Source: Felis catus
Lineage: Eukaryota
Assembly (NCBI RefSeq): GCF_018350175.1
Contig: NC_058368.1
Coordinates: forward strand, 44,270,001-44,334,000
Reading direction: 5' to 3'
Length of the DNA stretch: 64,000 bases
Shown: piece after piece, positions 1-13,392 of the stretch
How positions within the stretch are numbered: position 1 is the stretch's first letter
How the letters are laid out: each line of letters begins with the position of its first letter
Notes under the pieces: generated by a model
Told to the model about the DNA's origin: nothing
Database searches by the model: none
What the model saw: the letters and a program-made list of their open reading frames with translations, nothing else
Program-made: the position numbers and the translations under genes

Positions 1-525
1 CCATGGCGAGAAGAAGCTGGCAGAGCCTATGCAAAGCATATGACCTTATTTGGAAATATTTCCCCCTGTTCTGTATTTGATGTGCACTTCTTTGTTTGCT
101 TAAGTGTGTGCCTCATATAGCACCTGGCCAGCCCCGCTGCCATGTCTCTTCCCAGCGGGGAAGGAATAGGGTCCTTTGCCTGCAGCACAGGGTTAGTGCA
201 GACCTTTCTCCCTGCAGCAGCTGCGAGGCAGACTCTTGGCACGGGGGTCCCATGTTCACTACTGAAGCTGATCTTAGTCTTGTCTTCTGTCACTGTGAGT
301 AAAGCCTTGTTTCATCCAGTGTCTGTGTAAGTTGTGTCTTTCTTGGCCACTCCAGTGCTTGCAGATCACGCAGTGGGTTGACATTCTGGGACTGCTGTCC
401 CTTGTGGCGAGCACTGTTATGCTCTTTGTTATCGTGTACACGATGGGACTCTTCCCTTGGGGTGTACACGATGGGACTCTTCCCTTGGGGCTAGGAATGA
501 ATGTCACTTGCTCAATAACTTACCA
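1..525 (+). mobile_element. ERVL-class LTR (MER54/MER74-like), 3' portion
   Basis: GC-richer block ending in ...CA. 'actactgaagctgatctt...gtgagtaaagccttgtttcatccagtg' resembles the MER54/MER74 polyA-signal region as recalled. Confidence 0.6.
434..489. repeat. Perfect 28-bp tandem duplication
   Basis: gtgtacacgatgggactcttcccttggg at 434-461 and 462-489. Confidence 0.95.
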
Positions 526-1639
526 TTATTACTAATTTTAAATTATATTTTATTATTAAACATGAGAATTAATCTATCTTTTGTTTAACTTTTGTTTTAC
601 TTAAAATTGATGGTCCACATATATGCTAAAACCAATTAAGTAGCACATTAGTGCAAATAGCTTAAGAAATGGATACTTCCCAGGAGTAAAATTAGATATA
701 TAGAAGCTTGATGCAGTTAATAATATTTTTTTAAAAGTGGGTAACGGCACTGTTCTGATAACTGGCTCATTTATATCCCCTCTGGGGGAAGAACTTTTCT
801 TGATTTTATAAAATTTTAATGTGGTCTACTTTCCAGACAACAATTTGCAAAATTTTTTATTTTCTATTCTAATTCTGCTCCTAAGAAAAGTTGAAATCTC
901 TTGGGAAATTCATTTAGGGGCTTAGAAAAAGTATTTTTTCCTCTTTGATTCTTTATTTTCCTGCTCTGGCAAATGCACAAGGATTATTCAAACCCTTATT
1001 TCTGCTACAGCTTCAAGAAAGAGTTCACCTGTTTAATAGAGTGACGGGAAGCTTTGTTACTCATTATCCTGTTAACCAAATTCTTCTCTGGGATTCTTGA
1101 ATATCAAATCTCTCTTTATCTTTTATTCATTTTAGACTTTGTCACCTTTTATTCAAAAGCTCTTGGTTCTATTTTTCTCTTTATTACCTATAAGATTTAA
1201 AGTAGGCTTTTAGGATTGCTTTCAAAATAACACCCAAATTAAGTTAAAAATTGTATAATTAAATTACTGATTCAGAAGCAATTCTTCTCAAATCACATCT
1301 CATAAAATAAATGAAAACAAGAGAAAACAACCAATATAAGTATATCTAACAATCATTGAGAAATAACAATTAATTGCTGGAATAATATTTTGTGCTGATA
1401 TGATGGCAATATATTAAATGCGTATTTTCTAGTACTCTTAGGCCCCAAAGAAGGCATTATTATGTTGATTAATCTCATTCTTAACAGAAAAAAAGGTTGA
1501 GTCATATACTCTTTCCAATTCACAATACAAACAAAAACAAATAAAATATACATAATTGGAGATTTAAGAAAAGAATCTTGCTGCTTAACAGAATGTATGG
1601 TTTTCCTCTACCTGGATTCAAACCTTGTCTTTCTTCCAG

Positions 1640-1945
1640 CTTGTGTTTAGTTTTGGCCCTGTGGCTGTTTCTAGCTCATGGCGTAAAAGAAATGCAGTGT
1701 GTCACTTCCATCTTGCTGCATGTATTCCACTCACAATCTTTCTTGTATGCCCTTTTACCTTCCTATGGCTGCATTAATTCTTCCCAGGGCAACCATGGTG
1801 CATTAATGAATTCCTAGACCAAACTCTCTCAGCCCTTGAGTAGGAAAACCCAACACTGGACTGTCACCAAATTTAGAAATAAACTTCTGTTTTATTAAGC
1901 CACAGAAATGCATATGCCGATTATTTATAGCAGATACCACAATCG
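1640..1945 (+). mobile_element. MaLR LTR (MLT1-like) 3' fragment
   Basis: 'agaaataaacttctgttttattaagccacagaaat...tttatagcag' is the typical MLT1 3' end. Confidence 0.55.
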
Positions 1946-2849
1946 TAATTAACACATTGTATCTATGTAATGTTAGATAATAGTGAACTGAAAAATAGAA
2001 TTTCATGTATCTCTTTTTTATGAATTCACCTGTATCAAGCTTATACGTTAAGACAATCAATTATACCACTAAAATTTTTGATAATATTTTGTTAACCTTT
2101 TAAATTTGTACTACACATCTTTAAAAAGAACACTATAATCAATCTGAGATTTTGTTCCCATACAATAAATAAACCTTCGAGAACACTGTCAACATTAAAT
2201 CCTGTTTTATTTTGTTTTCTCTATTTTCATGGCTTAAGTCATTAGTTAAAGAAAAAAAAAACTTCCTCCAAAATAATATTTTATATTTTTCCCAACTTCC
2301 TCTCCCTTTTCAGCATAACATAATCATCTACAATAAATGATGATTCTAGAAGAATAGAAGAAACATAATGAACAGAAGCAGAATAAATAAGCTTGTCAGT
2401 ACAAATTTGTAGCCAATTTTTAACAGAGATGCTGTGCCTTCCTGTGGTGATTTATGACCATATAACATAAGTTCACAAAGGTGTATTTTTCCACCATTTT
2501 AAGTTTACACCCCTTCTTCTCATCCAGAAAAATACCAAAAGGACTCATATATAAAATAAGGGACCCAAACATATTCTTAAAAAATAAGACAGGGTAGCTT
2601 AATGAAGTGTGGTTTCTGTTAATTGATATGCAGTCTGCACAGGCAAACATTTGCTTAATCCCAGAACAGCTGGGTCTATAGACTCCTGATGCTTAGGTGT
2701 GAAGAGATTCTGGGTGTCTTCTATCCTAAGAATTGGAACCTATTAGTTCCCAAAAATTTCATACAAAAATATGTAGACAAAAGCAAAAATGTAATAAAAT
2801 AAACATATTCTGAAAAATGTGTAAATGTGCTCACATTAATAAAAACGTT

Positions 2850-3040
2850 TATTTTTGGAGGCTGATCTGATTTTGCTATACCAAAATTCCTGGGTTGAAA
2901 TTCCAGCTTTCTAATTCATGACCTTGACTTGGTATTTCATTTCTCTAAACTAGGTTTCCTCATCATAAAAGAGAGAAATGAAAGTGAGCTGTTAGGTTTA
3001 AAGTAAGGATTCAAGGAGGCAGAACAATTTCCAGATGTTC
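2850..3040 (+). mobile_element. MIR SINE fragment
   Basis: MIR core-like 'cctgggttgaaattccagct...tgaccttga...ttctctaaactaggtttcctcatc'. Confidence 0.55.
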
Positions 3041-3435
3041 AAGAAGTATGATTTGTTATTGACATTGTGATTGCAAACAACAGTAGTGGTAGTGGTGGTA
3101 ATAGAGTGAGTGTGACAATTGTTGTTTTGTTTCTTTTTCACTTTTTGTCTTTTCATATGAGTCTCTCAAAAATAAGCTTCTTAGATAAATTGCATAATTC
3201 ACATTTCACTTGGAATCAGATGCCCAAATGGTTTTTAAAATCCTAAACAAAAATAGTCTTAACATTTATGAAAATAGATTTTAGTGAGCTGATTCTTATT
3301 TGTTAGTTCAAAAAAGCAGATTAGTAGATGGTAACATGTCATACTTGCATTAATGGCATCTGGTAAGCAGTAATTTTTGATCTCCAAACTGTGCCAGATT
3401 GTAACTTTAAGGATTCTGATAAATCTAAATATTTT

Positions 3436-3654
3436 TTTTTATTTTTTTTTTCAACGTTTATTTATTTTTGGGACAGAGAGAGACAGAGCATGAACGGGGG
3501 AAGGGCAGAGAGAGAGGGAGACACAGAATCAGAAACAGGCTCCAGGCTCTGAGCCATCAGCCCAGAGCCCGACGCGGGGCTCGAACTCACAGACCGCGAG
3601 ATCGTGACCTGGCCGAAGTCGGACGCTTAACCGACTGCGCCACCCAGTCGCCCC
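3436..3654 (-). mobile_element. Young felid CAN-SINE (SINEC_Fc)
   Basis: tRNA-like head, (CT)n body and A-tail on the minus strand. TSD taaatctaaa(t/a)atttt at 3420-3435 and 3655-3670. Confidence 0.97.
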
Positions 3655-4500
3655 TAAATCTAAAAATTTTAAACAAAGTCAGGCAAAATCAAGTATCTTG
3701 TTTGTAATTCAAATTAATTTCCCTGTATATTTCTTTTTGGTAAAATAAAAAACAATGCAGTTAAAACTTTATTTAAAATCTCTTGACTTATCATTCAAGA
3801 CTGACTAATGAGGGAAAAATATGTGTCACACAGAAATATTTTTGTGATTTTGTTTCAAAAGATTAAATCACTTAAAACCTGTAAATTATACAATAGTATT
3901 TTTGAATAATTTATTGTATATTGAAATCTATTACAAAAATGCATGATGTGTGCATATTAAAAAACCAAGTTATCTGCCACTTATAAATACCATATGAAAA
4001 AACACTCTGAATACTAAAGTTTACTAATAGTAACTTCTGTGTTTTTTAGATATAAATAATAAAAAAGAATTTCCCATGCATGATTGTAAAACTGAAAATA
4101 TTTTTGTTGATATTCATTTCCAGCTTCATTAATTTATTTTATAGGCTTTATTTGATGCTTGCTGCATTTTGAGCCTAAGAAATTTTAGTGCAGAGTAATA
4201 ATATATAAGGATATTTTCCTCCTAACATACACTTTTCGAGATATCACTAATTCCCACACTTGTATTAGCAAGAAAATTGGAAGGCAAAGATATATTTGTC
4301 CTAATTATATTAAAGCAAGTAAAAAAAATCATAGTTTTCTATAATTAATGGAAAAACAGTTACAAAGTTGCAAAAGAGCACAAAGCAATTCCTATTCAGA
4401 TATAGAGGTTAAATATTTAATTTTTCATGTATAACATTCAAATATTTCAGTTTCATTGTATTACTTGTTTCTTGCCCATAAATGCACAATGATTTTTATT

Positions 4501-4642
4501 ATTTAAATTTTTTTTTAAGTTTACTTACTTTACTGTCAGCATGGAGCACAACATAGGGCTCAAATTCATGAAACTGTGAAATCATGACCTGAGCTGAAAC
4601 CAAGAATCAGATGCTTAACCAACTGAGCCACCCAGGCACCTC
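4501..4642 (-). mobile_element. CAN-SINE lacking the (CT)n segment
   Basis: Head 'atgcttaaccaactgagccacccaggcacc' is joined almost directly to the T-tail. TSD-like aca(a/g)tgattttta. Confidence 0.85.
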
Positions 4643-4909
4643 TACAGTGATTTTTAAAGTGCCCAGCATCCCATTACAGTAAACAGAGTCATTTGAAATA
4701 CTGAAATTATATTGTTACTATTGATTAAAAAAATTTACCTGACTCCTAGATTGGTTGTGAGAAAGGTATGCTCATATATGCATATGAATAAAATTGAGAG
4801 GGTATATTAATTTATAAAAGAAATCCTTAATTTTTTAAAGAAAAAATTATTCATGAAGAAATGATTTAATCTACATGACTAATAACTTTCATTGATGTTT
4901 TTAGAGAAA

Positions 4910-5290
4910 TAGCATTCATTCACTTTTTCATTTTTTTCCAGCCAGAATTCATTGACCATTCCCTTGAGTTTGGCAGTTAGAGATGTAGCAATTAAGAAAA
5001 CAGACATTGTTCATTCTCTTATGTAATTATAATCTGGTGAGGGTAGAAAGAAAACAAATAAGTAATCCAATAAGCAAGACAGACAACCTCAAATAAAAAA
5101 AATGCCATGAACCAAGTAAAAAAGATAATGGAGTAAGCATATAGGGTGAAAGAACTAGTATACTCTGCTTAGGTAACTTAGACAAATGGACTCTGAGGAG
5201 ATCGTGTTGCATTTGAAACTTGATTGATGAAAAAGACAAAACCATGTGCTGATACCGACCCAGGGGTAGGATGTAATGTGATGAGGGGAG
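4910..5290 (-). mobile_element. L2 LINE 3' fragment
   Basis: Starts with cattcattca repeats followed by L2 3'-end-like sequence. Confidence 0.5.
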
Positions 5291-5412
5291 GGTGACTTAA
5301 AAAAAAGCAGTATTTAAAACAGTAAACTTTAACTTACATTCTAATTCTAAAATCAATGTTTAAGCATAAATTCTAGGAGGTCTATAACATTTCCTAAAAC
5401 TTAAAGCAATTA

Positions 5413-5490
5413 GGTGTGCGTGTGGGTGTGTGCGTGTGTGTTTGTGTGTGTGACAGAGAGAGACAGAGACAGAGACAGAGAGACAGAGGA
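5413..5490. repeat. Compound (GT)n-(GA/GAGACA)n microsatellite
   Basis: Seen directly. Confidence 0.9.
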
Positions 5491-8339
5491 AGGAACGAAG
5501 TGATCAAGGGAAGGGAGCAGGAAGCAAGAGAGCACAAGAGAGACTTGTGTATATAAGCTGACATGGTAGTAAAACTGCACCTGCTTTGATCCGATTCTCA
5601 ATGAGATCCAAGACCCAACTCAGTTTAAGAAATACTATTATAACAAAATATTTCCAACCAGTATTATCCAAAATGAGATGAGTGAGAAAAAAACCATCAA
5701 ACCTGGAGCCAAGTTCAGCTATCCTATTATTATCATTAGTTTATATAGTTTCATTTGTCAAATTTGTTAATTTGGTAAGATAATTAACTTAATATTTTAC
5801 TAGTTTAATTAGCTAATGAATGTTTTGACACAAATATGAGAAGTTGTTTATCATTTACTTTGTTATAATTTTCATTATGTTTTTTTTTCTATCCAGAGTT
5901 ACTGTTTGCTTTGACAGAGAACTGGGAAAGGCAAAGAGGTGATAGCGCTTGGAGAATTTAAGCATGCCATCTGTTTGGATGAGGATGCAAATAATCACAA
6001 ACATTGGGGGCTTCGGCACTCCAGGCAAAACTGAATTCACATTTGTTTTCTTTTTGAAAAACAACAGTTTCTATTTTTTCTTGTATTCTTTTATAATTAG
6101 TTAATAATAATTTTAACAAGAAATGAAGTTATTCTGTACTAACAAAAGGTATAATGCTACAGTATATAAATAAATATATTAGATATACCATATTACTTAA
6201 CATATCTGACAATTTGTTCAGCCATATCTGGGAAAAAAGTGCCAAAGTGATAAACTGCCAAGTTGAGAGACTTAATTAAGGAAAATTTATACCAATTTAA
6301 TTGCTTCTGATCTCATATTATTTTATCTTAATTAATTACCTCTGCTTTGGGCAAAATAAAGAGAAGTAAAATGAGTGGAAAAATTAATCAAATTCCAGTC
6401 AAGTCACTTGCTTGTTGCTCTTGTAAAATATATTTGGGAGAGGAAAATGAATCCTTTGGCTAGATTCAGTTTTGAAATTATGTTTCAATTACTCATGCCA
6501 TTCTTTACTCCATTTTTATAAATGATCAAGTTTAAATCATTTTTATAGGATTGATGCTAAAGGGCCAAATTCTGTCTTTTTTATTGGCTATGAGGCAGGG
6601 ACTTTCAGGAAAACCTTCACAAAGATTTTACTTAGGGCTTTAATCTATTTTCCACTCAAGCTGACTACTATGAATTTAACTATTCTTCTGCTTATATTCC
6701 TGATGAAAATATGAGGTAATCAGAAAGGAAACCAATATAAGTAATGTATATTATTGATAACTGACTCCAGGTTATGATCATTTCACATACTCTAATAGCA
6801 TCTAACCAATTTTACCTAACTCATGATTTTCTATGTGAGATGAGTGAAACTATGACATAGACTGTCTACAATTGATTACTTAGTTCACATGAAAATAAGA
6901 CAGCACAGTCCATAAATCTAATAATGTTAGAAAGTCTCATAGACAGATAGTAATTTAATATAGAAGGTAAAGTAAAATTAAAATGAAAGGATCTTTTTCT
7001 GGATAATGAATGACCTATTTACTGAATTTATGATCTCTGAAGATCTTCTTCAAAGAAAAAAAAAGTCAAATCTACTTGTTTAATCAACAATCCCAAAGAA
7101 TTACATATTGCTGTCTGTGAAGCAGATGGCTTTCCTGCTGCCTACCCTGCTGCTTCTGCCTGCCACCTTTCCCTCTAGCAGCTGTGATTACTAGAAAAAA
7201 ATTTCCTTTATTGCCTACATGATGTGTCCATAACTGCAGTCAGACATTTGAAAAGTTACATTTTGGATCCTCTAAAAGGAAGTGAGAAATATAAACAATT
7301 TCAATTAGTAAAGTTTCCTAAATTTCCTTAGACAACTTTAAAATTTGGGTGACAGATCAAAGAATTTCTTCAGTTTCTTTAACCTCATTCCTCTCTCTTC
7401 TCTCCTACTTCCCAGAATGTCTCTAACACAGGCAGTGCTCTGTGTTGTTATTTTATTTATTAATCTTTTTTTCAAAGGATAATTATTCAGGGAGTTAGTA
7501 CAACACAATATGGAAGGATCATGAGTAGTTGGGTAAAAGTGTTGCTATAGATATTTATTTTTATCATACATTAAAGATTCATACTCATATCACTTCATTA
7601 AACTTTATATTTCCATGTTATTAAATAAATCAAGTATTTATTGATTAGAATAAGACATTGGAAATTTCTGTTCTACTGTCATTGGAAGGAAATTCTAATC
7701 TAAAATCTTGATGTGAGATTCTATAATATCCCAATTTAGATTTAATATAAAACACATGTATATTTGAGTTTTCAGCATTCTCACCATATGGCAATAACAA
7801 GATTTTAGGATTAGGAAATTTCCCTGTAAATTATAGTTATTAAGTTATATATATCTTAATTTTAGTAACCAAAATTTGCTCAAGAATCATATTAAAACAA
7901 TTAAGAGAATACTTATTTTGACCTGAAATAGTGATATTTAGTTTACAAAAATACAGAAATTTTAAATATTGTAACTTCGATATACACATATAGCTCCTTC
8001 AAAAGGCATCAGTATAAACTCAGTAATGAACAAGGAAACATATATATGAATATATTTTCATATCCAATTCCATATTCAAACCAAAAGAAAGAAAAGTAAA
8101 TCCCCTAGGAACTGAATTGCAAACGAAAATTAAAGCCATAACAGTGAACAAGAGTTGAAACAGCTATTATGTTAGCAGGTCCCTATAGCCTCATTAATGT
8201 TTTCTCATCAATGAGAGAAGGACAAAAAATGCACTCATTAGCTAGCAAAGGCAGCTATTCTGGGACCTATAAACTCAAAAATTACCAATGGCAAAGGCAA
8301 CATGCTCTTGAAACAGCCATAAACCAGTAATCAAGGTGA

Positions 8340-10330
8340 AGAATTTTGGAAGAACACTGTCAATTAGATATAGAAATAGGAAATAGAAACCTTAGTTAAG
8401 TCACCTGGAGGCCTGTGAAGGAAAGAAATGAGAAATATGAGGGATTTAGTATTTAAAGATAATGATGGAAAAATATTCTAGAATTAAAAAGACAGACTGA
8501 TAATCACAAAAAAAAAGACCAAAAAGGGATAGTTAAAATGCTGAAAATGAGAAACAAAAAATAAAATTATATTTATCCACAGCAAAGTCATAAAGCATAT
8601 TTTCCCATGGTATAATAGGAAATAGACTGATAAGAAATATCCAGTTGGTAGCAATAGATGGCAGTATCAAAGCATAAGGAGAAATACTGGCCAATCTAGA
8701 GTATTTTACCTAGATGATCTTATTGAAGATACTTTTCATGAACTACAATAATAGGAAACTCAGGAAGGAGAGAATTAAACTCATAAAGAAGGAATCGGAT
8801 AACTGAAAGATGCAATAATGAGCACAGTAATTGGCAAATTTATGTAGACAAAATTGTGATTAACACAAAAATTGAATTGGTGGAAAATAAAATTTAACTA
8901 AAAGTCTAGATCTCAGTATGTGAACAAAAGAGAAGAAGGTCCAAATTAAAGTTAAAATATTCTACATTTATAGTTAAATTCAGAAGGTAACAAATAAACT
9001 TAGAATTTGAGAACATGTGAAATATGTATAATAAGAAATAGAAGCAGCCTAGGAATATTAAGACATTATGATTAATTACCAAATTAGCAGAGGAATATAA
9101 AGAGTGAAGAAAAGATACTTAAAGCAAAGAAAGAGAAATACATTGGAGAGTTTGAAATGCATTCTAAAAAGCATATATTGAGATAGAAGTAATATATGTA
9201 AATATTCAGAAAATTAATCCAAAACAAAAAATAGATTCAATATCACAAAAAGGGGTAGAAAAATCTTAACTTTATGCACCTTTTAAAATACATTCCTGAA
9301 ATATGATGATAATAGAGATTGAAAATCAAGGAATAGAAAAAAAAGACTTAACTGAAAAAAGAAAACAAAAATAAAACTTGATGGGGCAATTATATTGAAC
9401 AATATAAATTTTAAGGAATATTCTAACAAATATATAAGAACCATAAAATATTATACACCAGTCAAAATTTATTTGAATTAGATTAACAATTCTACATTAT
9501 GTTTGGAAATATGTATCAAACTCTTTAATAAACTGATTAAGAATTAATAATGACAGCTAACATATTTTGAGTTTTTACTATGTAATGATTACAATATTCC
9601 TTTACATTTCTTATTTAACTTAATTCTTTTTGGATAAGGAAATATTTTTGTCCTCATTTTAAAGATGACATAAATACTGAACAGAGATATTTAGTAATAT
9701 GTCCAAAATAAAACAGCTAGCAAACATAGTATCTACAATAGTCAAACTCTAAAGTCACTGCTTTTACTTACTAAAATAAAGTTACCTCTTTTGAACAACC
9801 AAAGTAAAGTGTGAAAGATACTTCATAACTCCAACATAATTTTCAAAAAATCATGTTTTTAAAAATAATCAGATCAAATCTATAAAGAAAAACTTGAATA
9901 AACACCCAAGCAGAAAAATTTTACTTTATCTGGTGAAAATGAAGTGTCATTTGAAAACAACTATAAAAATCCACATTCAGAAGCAAAAGAAAAACAAACC
10001 AACTAACAAAACACACACGTATATTTGGACAATATCTAACAACAAAAAATAATATAAGTTAAATCATATTTAAAGGTATATAATATTCAAATAGAAGAAA
10101 AATGAGAACATCATATAAAACCAAAACCTTGTGAGATTCTTAGAGAAAAATGTATATCCTTTGATACATGTATTAAAAAATAGAGATTTAATTTGTTAAA
10201 CATTGAAATCATGAGGTTAAAAATAAAATTTGAATAAGACCAAGGGCTCTGGAAGGAAAGAAATACATGTGTGTTTTTTTAAATCAGAAATTTGTGAAAA
10301 TGAAAATGAAATTATAAAAATGAAAAACAA
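8340..10330 (+). mobile_element. Ancient L1 (L1M-type) ORF1/ORF2 remnant
   Basis: Very A-rich + strand with decayed L1-like phrases and no open frame. Confidence 0.5.
9545..9770 (-). mobile_element. MIR SINE
   Basis: 'aataatgacagctaacatattttgag...gtcctcattttaaagatga...cagagatatttagtaatatgtccaaa'. Confidence 0.55.
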
Positions 10331-10437
10331 TATTTTAGAAAAGTTAGATCATTTGTTTTGTAGAATATTTTATACTCTGGATTTTTACTGATTACTCATA
10401 AAGTTTTTTTAAAATTGCTCTATTTTCTATAATTCCT

Positions 10438-10760
10438 GTATCAGTCAGGGTTCTGTAAGCAAAACAGAACCAGTAAGGGAGAGATTGAGAGACTGAGGGA
10501 GAGACAGAAACATAGAGACAGAGACAAAGAGTAGGGGAGGAGAGGGAAGAAATATTTCCTCAGTTTTCTTCTTAAGGCCTTTCCCCTGACTGGATTTGAG
10601 GCCCACCCAGATTATCAAAGATAATCTTCTCTGTTTAAAGTCAGTTGATTGCAGATAATAACTGTATTACCAACACACATTTTAACAGCAATACTTATTA
10701 CTTAACTGAATTACTAGGAACTATAGTTTAGTTACCTTAAGAAGTGAAACTAATCAACAC
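10438..10760 (-). mobile_element. MLT2 (ERVL) LTR
   Basis: Begins 'tgtatcagtcagggttctgtaagcaaaacagaacca' and contains 'aggcccacccagattatcaaagataatct', both typical of MLT2 in reverse. Confidence 0.75.
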
Positions 10761-11930
10761 TGATTATACTAGCTTTGTCAACTTGGCACTCATACACACT
10801 TCTTTAAACCACACTTAATATCCAAATAAAAACTGAGTCATACTTTTGCCTACGACAATCCTCTGCACAACTAACAACATGATAATCTTTTACCTAGTAA
10901 AAGAGGCAAAATCCTTGAATACTATTTACTCTTCTTCTTGATACCCTATGATAATATCCTGCTTTATAGCTAACTCTGATTGATAATCTCATGTTAGATA
11001 AGGGGATAAAAGAGAGAAAAAAAGGAAGATATTTGCTCAATGTATGCATATATTCATATACATACAGACATGTAAACACATTCATTAAAAAAAAGGAAAA
11101 TACTTATAATAATTAAAGTCTTCATTTGTGCAACTGGCCACATGGTTGTAATTGGAGTTTATAACAGCCTTCTCTCTCTACTCATTCCCTATTCCCATCA
11201 TCCCCAGCAAACCTCACATCTTGTGGTTGTTTATCTGGTGGGGTCACCCCAACCTACATCTTCATTAGTTGTCCTGCCCTGCCTGAATTGGATCGTAGCT
11301 TTCCACTGACTTTAATCACCTTATGGTGTCTCTTATATTCCAGCCATAATCATCCTTACTTCTATTGTGCAGTGGCAGTTCAATTTCCCTTTGATAATCA
11401 AGATCATTCATCCCAGCCAATACAGTTACTCCTTGGCCTGTAAATTCAGAAGGTCTATGAGTAGATGGATAGCAGTCCTAATTCAATTCAATAGAATCAT
11501 TGTTGTATATTCTGGTAGTAGTGTCCTTCTCTTTGGAGCTAAGACCTCTAGATCAACAGAGCATAAGTTCCCAGGGACAGAATATAAAATTTTTGCTAGA
11601 AAAATTGTTATCTTTTTCCTTGACTCTCTACCACATGTTGGCACATAACATCCAGAGTTCAGAGGTGATATTAGGGTCATAGAAGTTTTGGCTAGTTTTG
11701 ACAACCAATGAAAATATGTGCTAGCCAATGAGTTTATCTTTGCATTTCACTCCTTTGATATTAGCTTTCAAGATATCCAGGACATTGATGACTACCAAAA
11801 GCAATGTTGTTTTCAAACGTAGCTTCCCTTAAAGAAATGAAAGTTAAATTGCGAGCTTGAATAAATAGTCAGGTTTGATGAAGCAGTAAACAAGATTCTG
11901 TGGTACTTGGGATCTCTGCCCAGGAACTAA
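10761..11930 (-). mobile_element. ERVL internal region (3' pol/integrase end), decayed
   Basis: Adjacent to the MLT2 LTR. Minus strand near 11215-11254 translates VGVTPPDKQPQDV, resembling ERV-L VWVTPPGK. Confidence 0.7.
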
Positions 11931-12011
11931 TTCATGCCTTCACTCGCGAGAAAATCACTTGAAGTGAATCAGACCAAGGCCTGTCTTTCTGCCTTTCTCC
12001 AAGATCCTTAC

Positions 12012-12037
12012 CAAACACACACACGTGGGTGCACACA

Positions 12038-12071
<34 letters not shown>

Positions 12072-12095
12072 AAAAACAAAAACAAAAACAAAAAA
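12012..12095. repeat. (CA)n and (CAAAAA)n microsatellite
   Basis: Seen directly. Confidence 0.9.
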
Positions 12096-12808
12096 CAGCT
12101 GATGTCTTTACTAGAATATGCAGTCCAGGGTCAAAATAATAAAATGCCTTCAAATAAAAATATATGAATAATCAACAGTATACCATCTCTAAACTGAAAT
12201 TGTTAGAGCAGACAGACTAAAAATAAAGATGTTAAATGAATTTAAGGAAATAAGAGTAGTCATGAGCAATGTGCTAGAACATAAGAAATCATAAAAAAGA
12301 ATATAGAGAAAATATCAGTATTGAAAAAAATAACATATAAGATGAAGAAAGAAATATCTGTAATAAATACAGCATGGATATATATGAAGAATAAATTATA
12401 GAGTTGGAAGATCTAGTTATATGAGGCAGAATAAAAAAATTGATAAGAATTATATTTTGTAAGATTAACAAAAGACCAAGACAATAGGAAAGATCCTACT
12501 TGCAGAATATCCTGTCACATTTTTTTAAAAAATGGTAGAACATGAAATTTAAAATTAAAGAAGCAAAAAAGATAAATATTCTCATTGACATATGAATTTC
12601 CCAATGAAAGATAAGAAAAAGCCTGCTGTAGATATGATAAAATAAAATTTAAAAAGTGAATTACAGTAAGAACGTTTTAATTCTTCCAGAGAAAAAGAAG
12701 TGGCCATTCAAAGCAAAAAAACAAAAATTAAAAAAAAAGAAAAGAAACAAACGTAAAGAAAAAAGGAAAAAAGGGTGTAATAGTTTCATTCTTAAAGGAA
12801 AATAATTA

Positions 12809-13031
12809 GGGGCGCCTGGGTGGCGCAGTCGGTTAAGCGTCCGACTTCAGCCAGGTCACGATCTCGCGGTCCGTGAGTTCGAGCCCCACGTCGGGCTCTG
12901 TGCTGATGGCTCAGAGCCTGGAGCCTGTTTCCGATTCTGTGTCTCCCTCTCTCTCTGCCCCTCCCCTGTTCATGCTCTGTCTCTCTCTGTCCCAAAAATA
13001 AATAAACGTTGAAAAAAAAATTAAAAAAAAA
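12809..13031 (+). mobile_element. Young felid CAN-SINE (SINEC_Fc)
   Basis: GGGGCGCCTGGGTGGCGCAGTCGG head with intact CpGs. Perfect TSD aaaggaaaataatta. Confidence 0.98.
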
Positions 13032-13269
13032 TAAAGGAAAATAATTAGAAATAAGCATCTACCTACTGCTACATTTATTTAAATAATGTAAGTATTTTCA
13101 GAGATATATGAACATTGCTGTGCTAAACAAAGTCCTACATTGAAACAAAAAATAAGGTGTGTTTCTAAAAAATGCACCCTATAAAATCTAATTGATGTTA
13201 ACATAAGTTGACTGGACAGTGAAAAAGAGGACAAAGGTATGAGTTTGCTAAAACACTGTTTGGTCTGGA

Positions 13270-13270
<1 letters not shown>

Positions 13271-13320
<50 letters not shown>

Positions 13321-13392
13321 TACACACACACATGTGTATATACATATATATATACATACACACACGTGTATGATTATATATATAATATATAT
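13271..13392. repeat. (TA)n/(CA)n compound microsatellite
   Basis: Seen directly. Confidence 0.95.

Noticed and set aside
27..535. Several overlapping 62-88 aa ORFs at the window start
   Set aside because: They fall in an LTR-like element and show no recognisable protein or splice structure.
3468..3707. Recurrent ORFs such as GQRETEHERG... and MAQSVKRPTLAQVMIS... (also near 12.8, 34.5, 49.3, 51.6 and 63.4 kb)
   Set aside because: These are translations of CAN-SINE sequence, not a gene family.
12809..12890. tRNA-like A/B box sequences
   Set aside because: These are SINE heads derived from tRNA, followed by a CT body and polyA; they are not tRNA genes.
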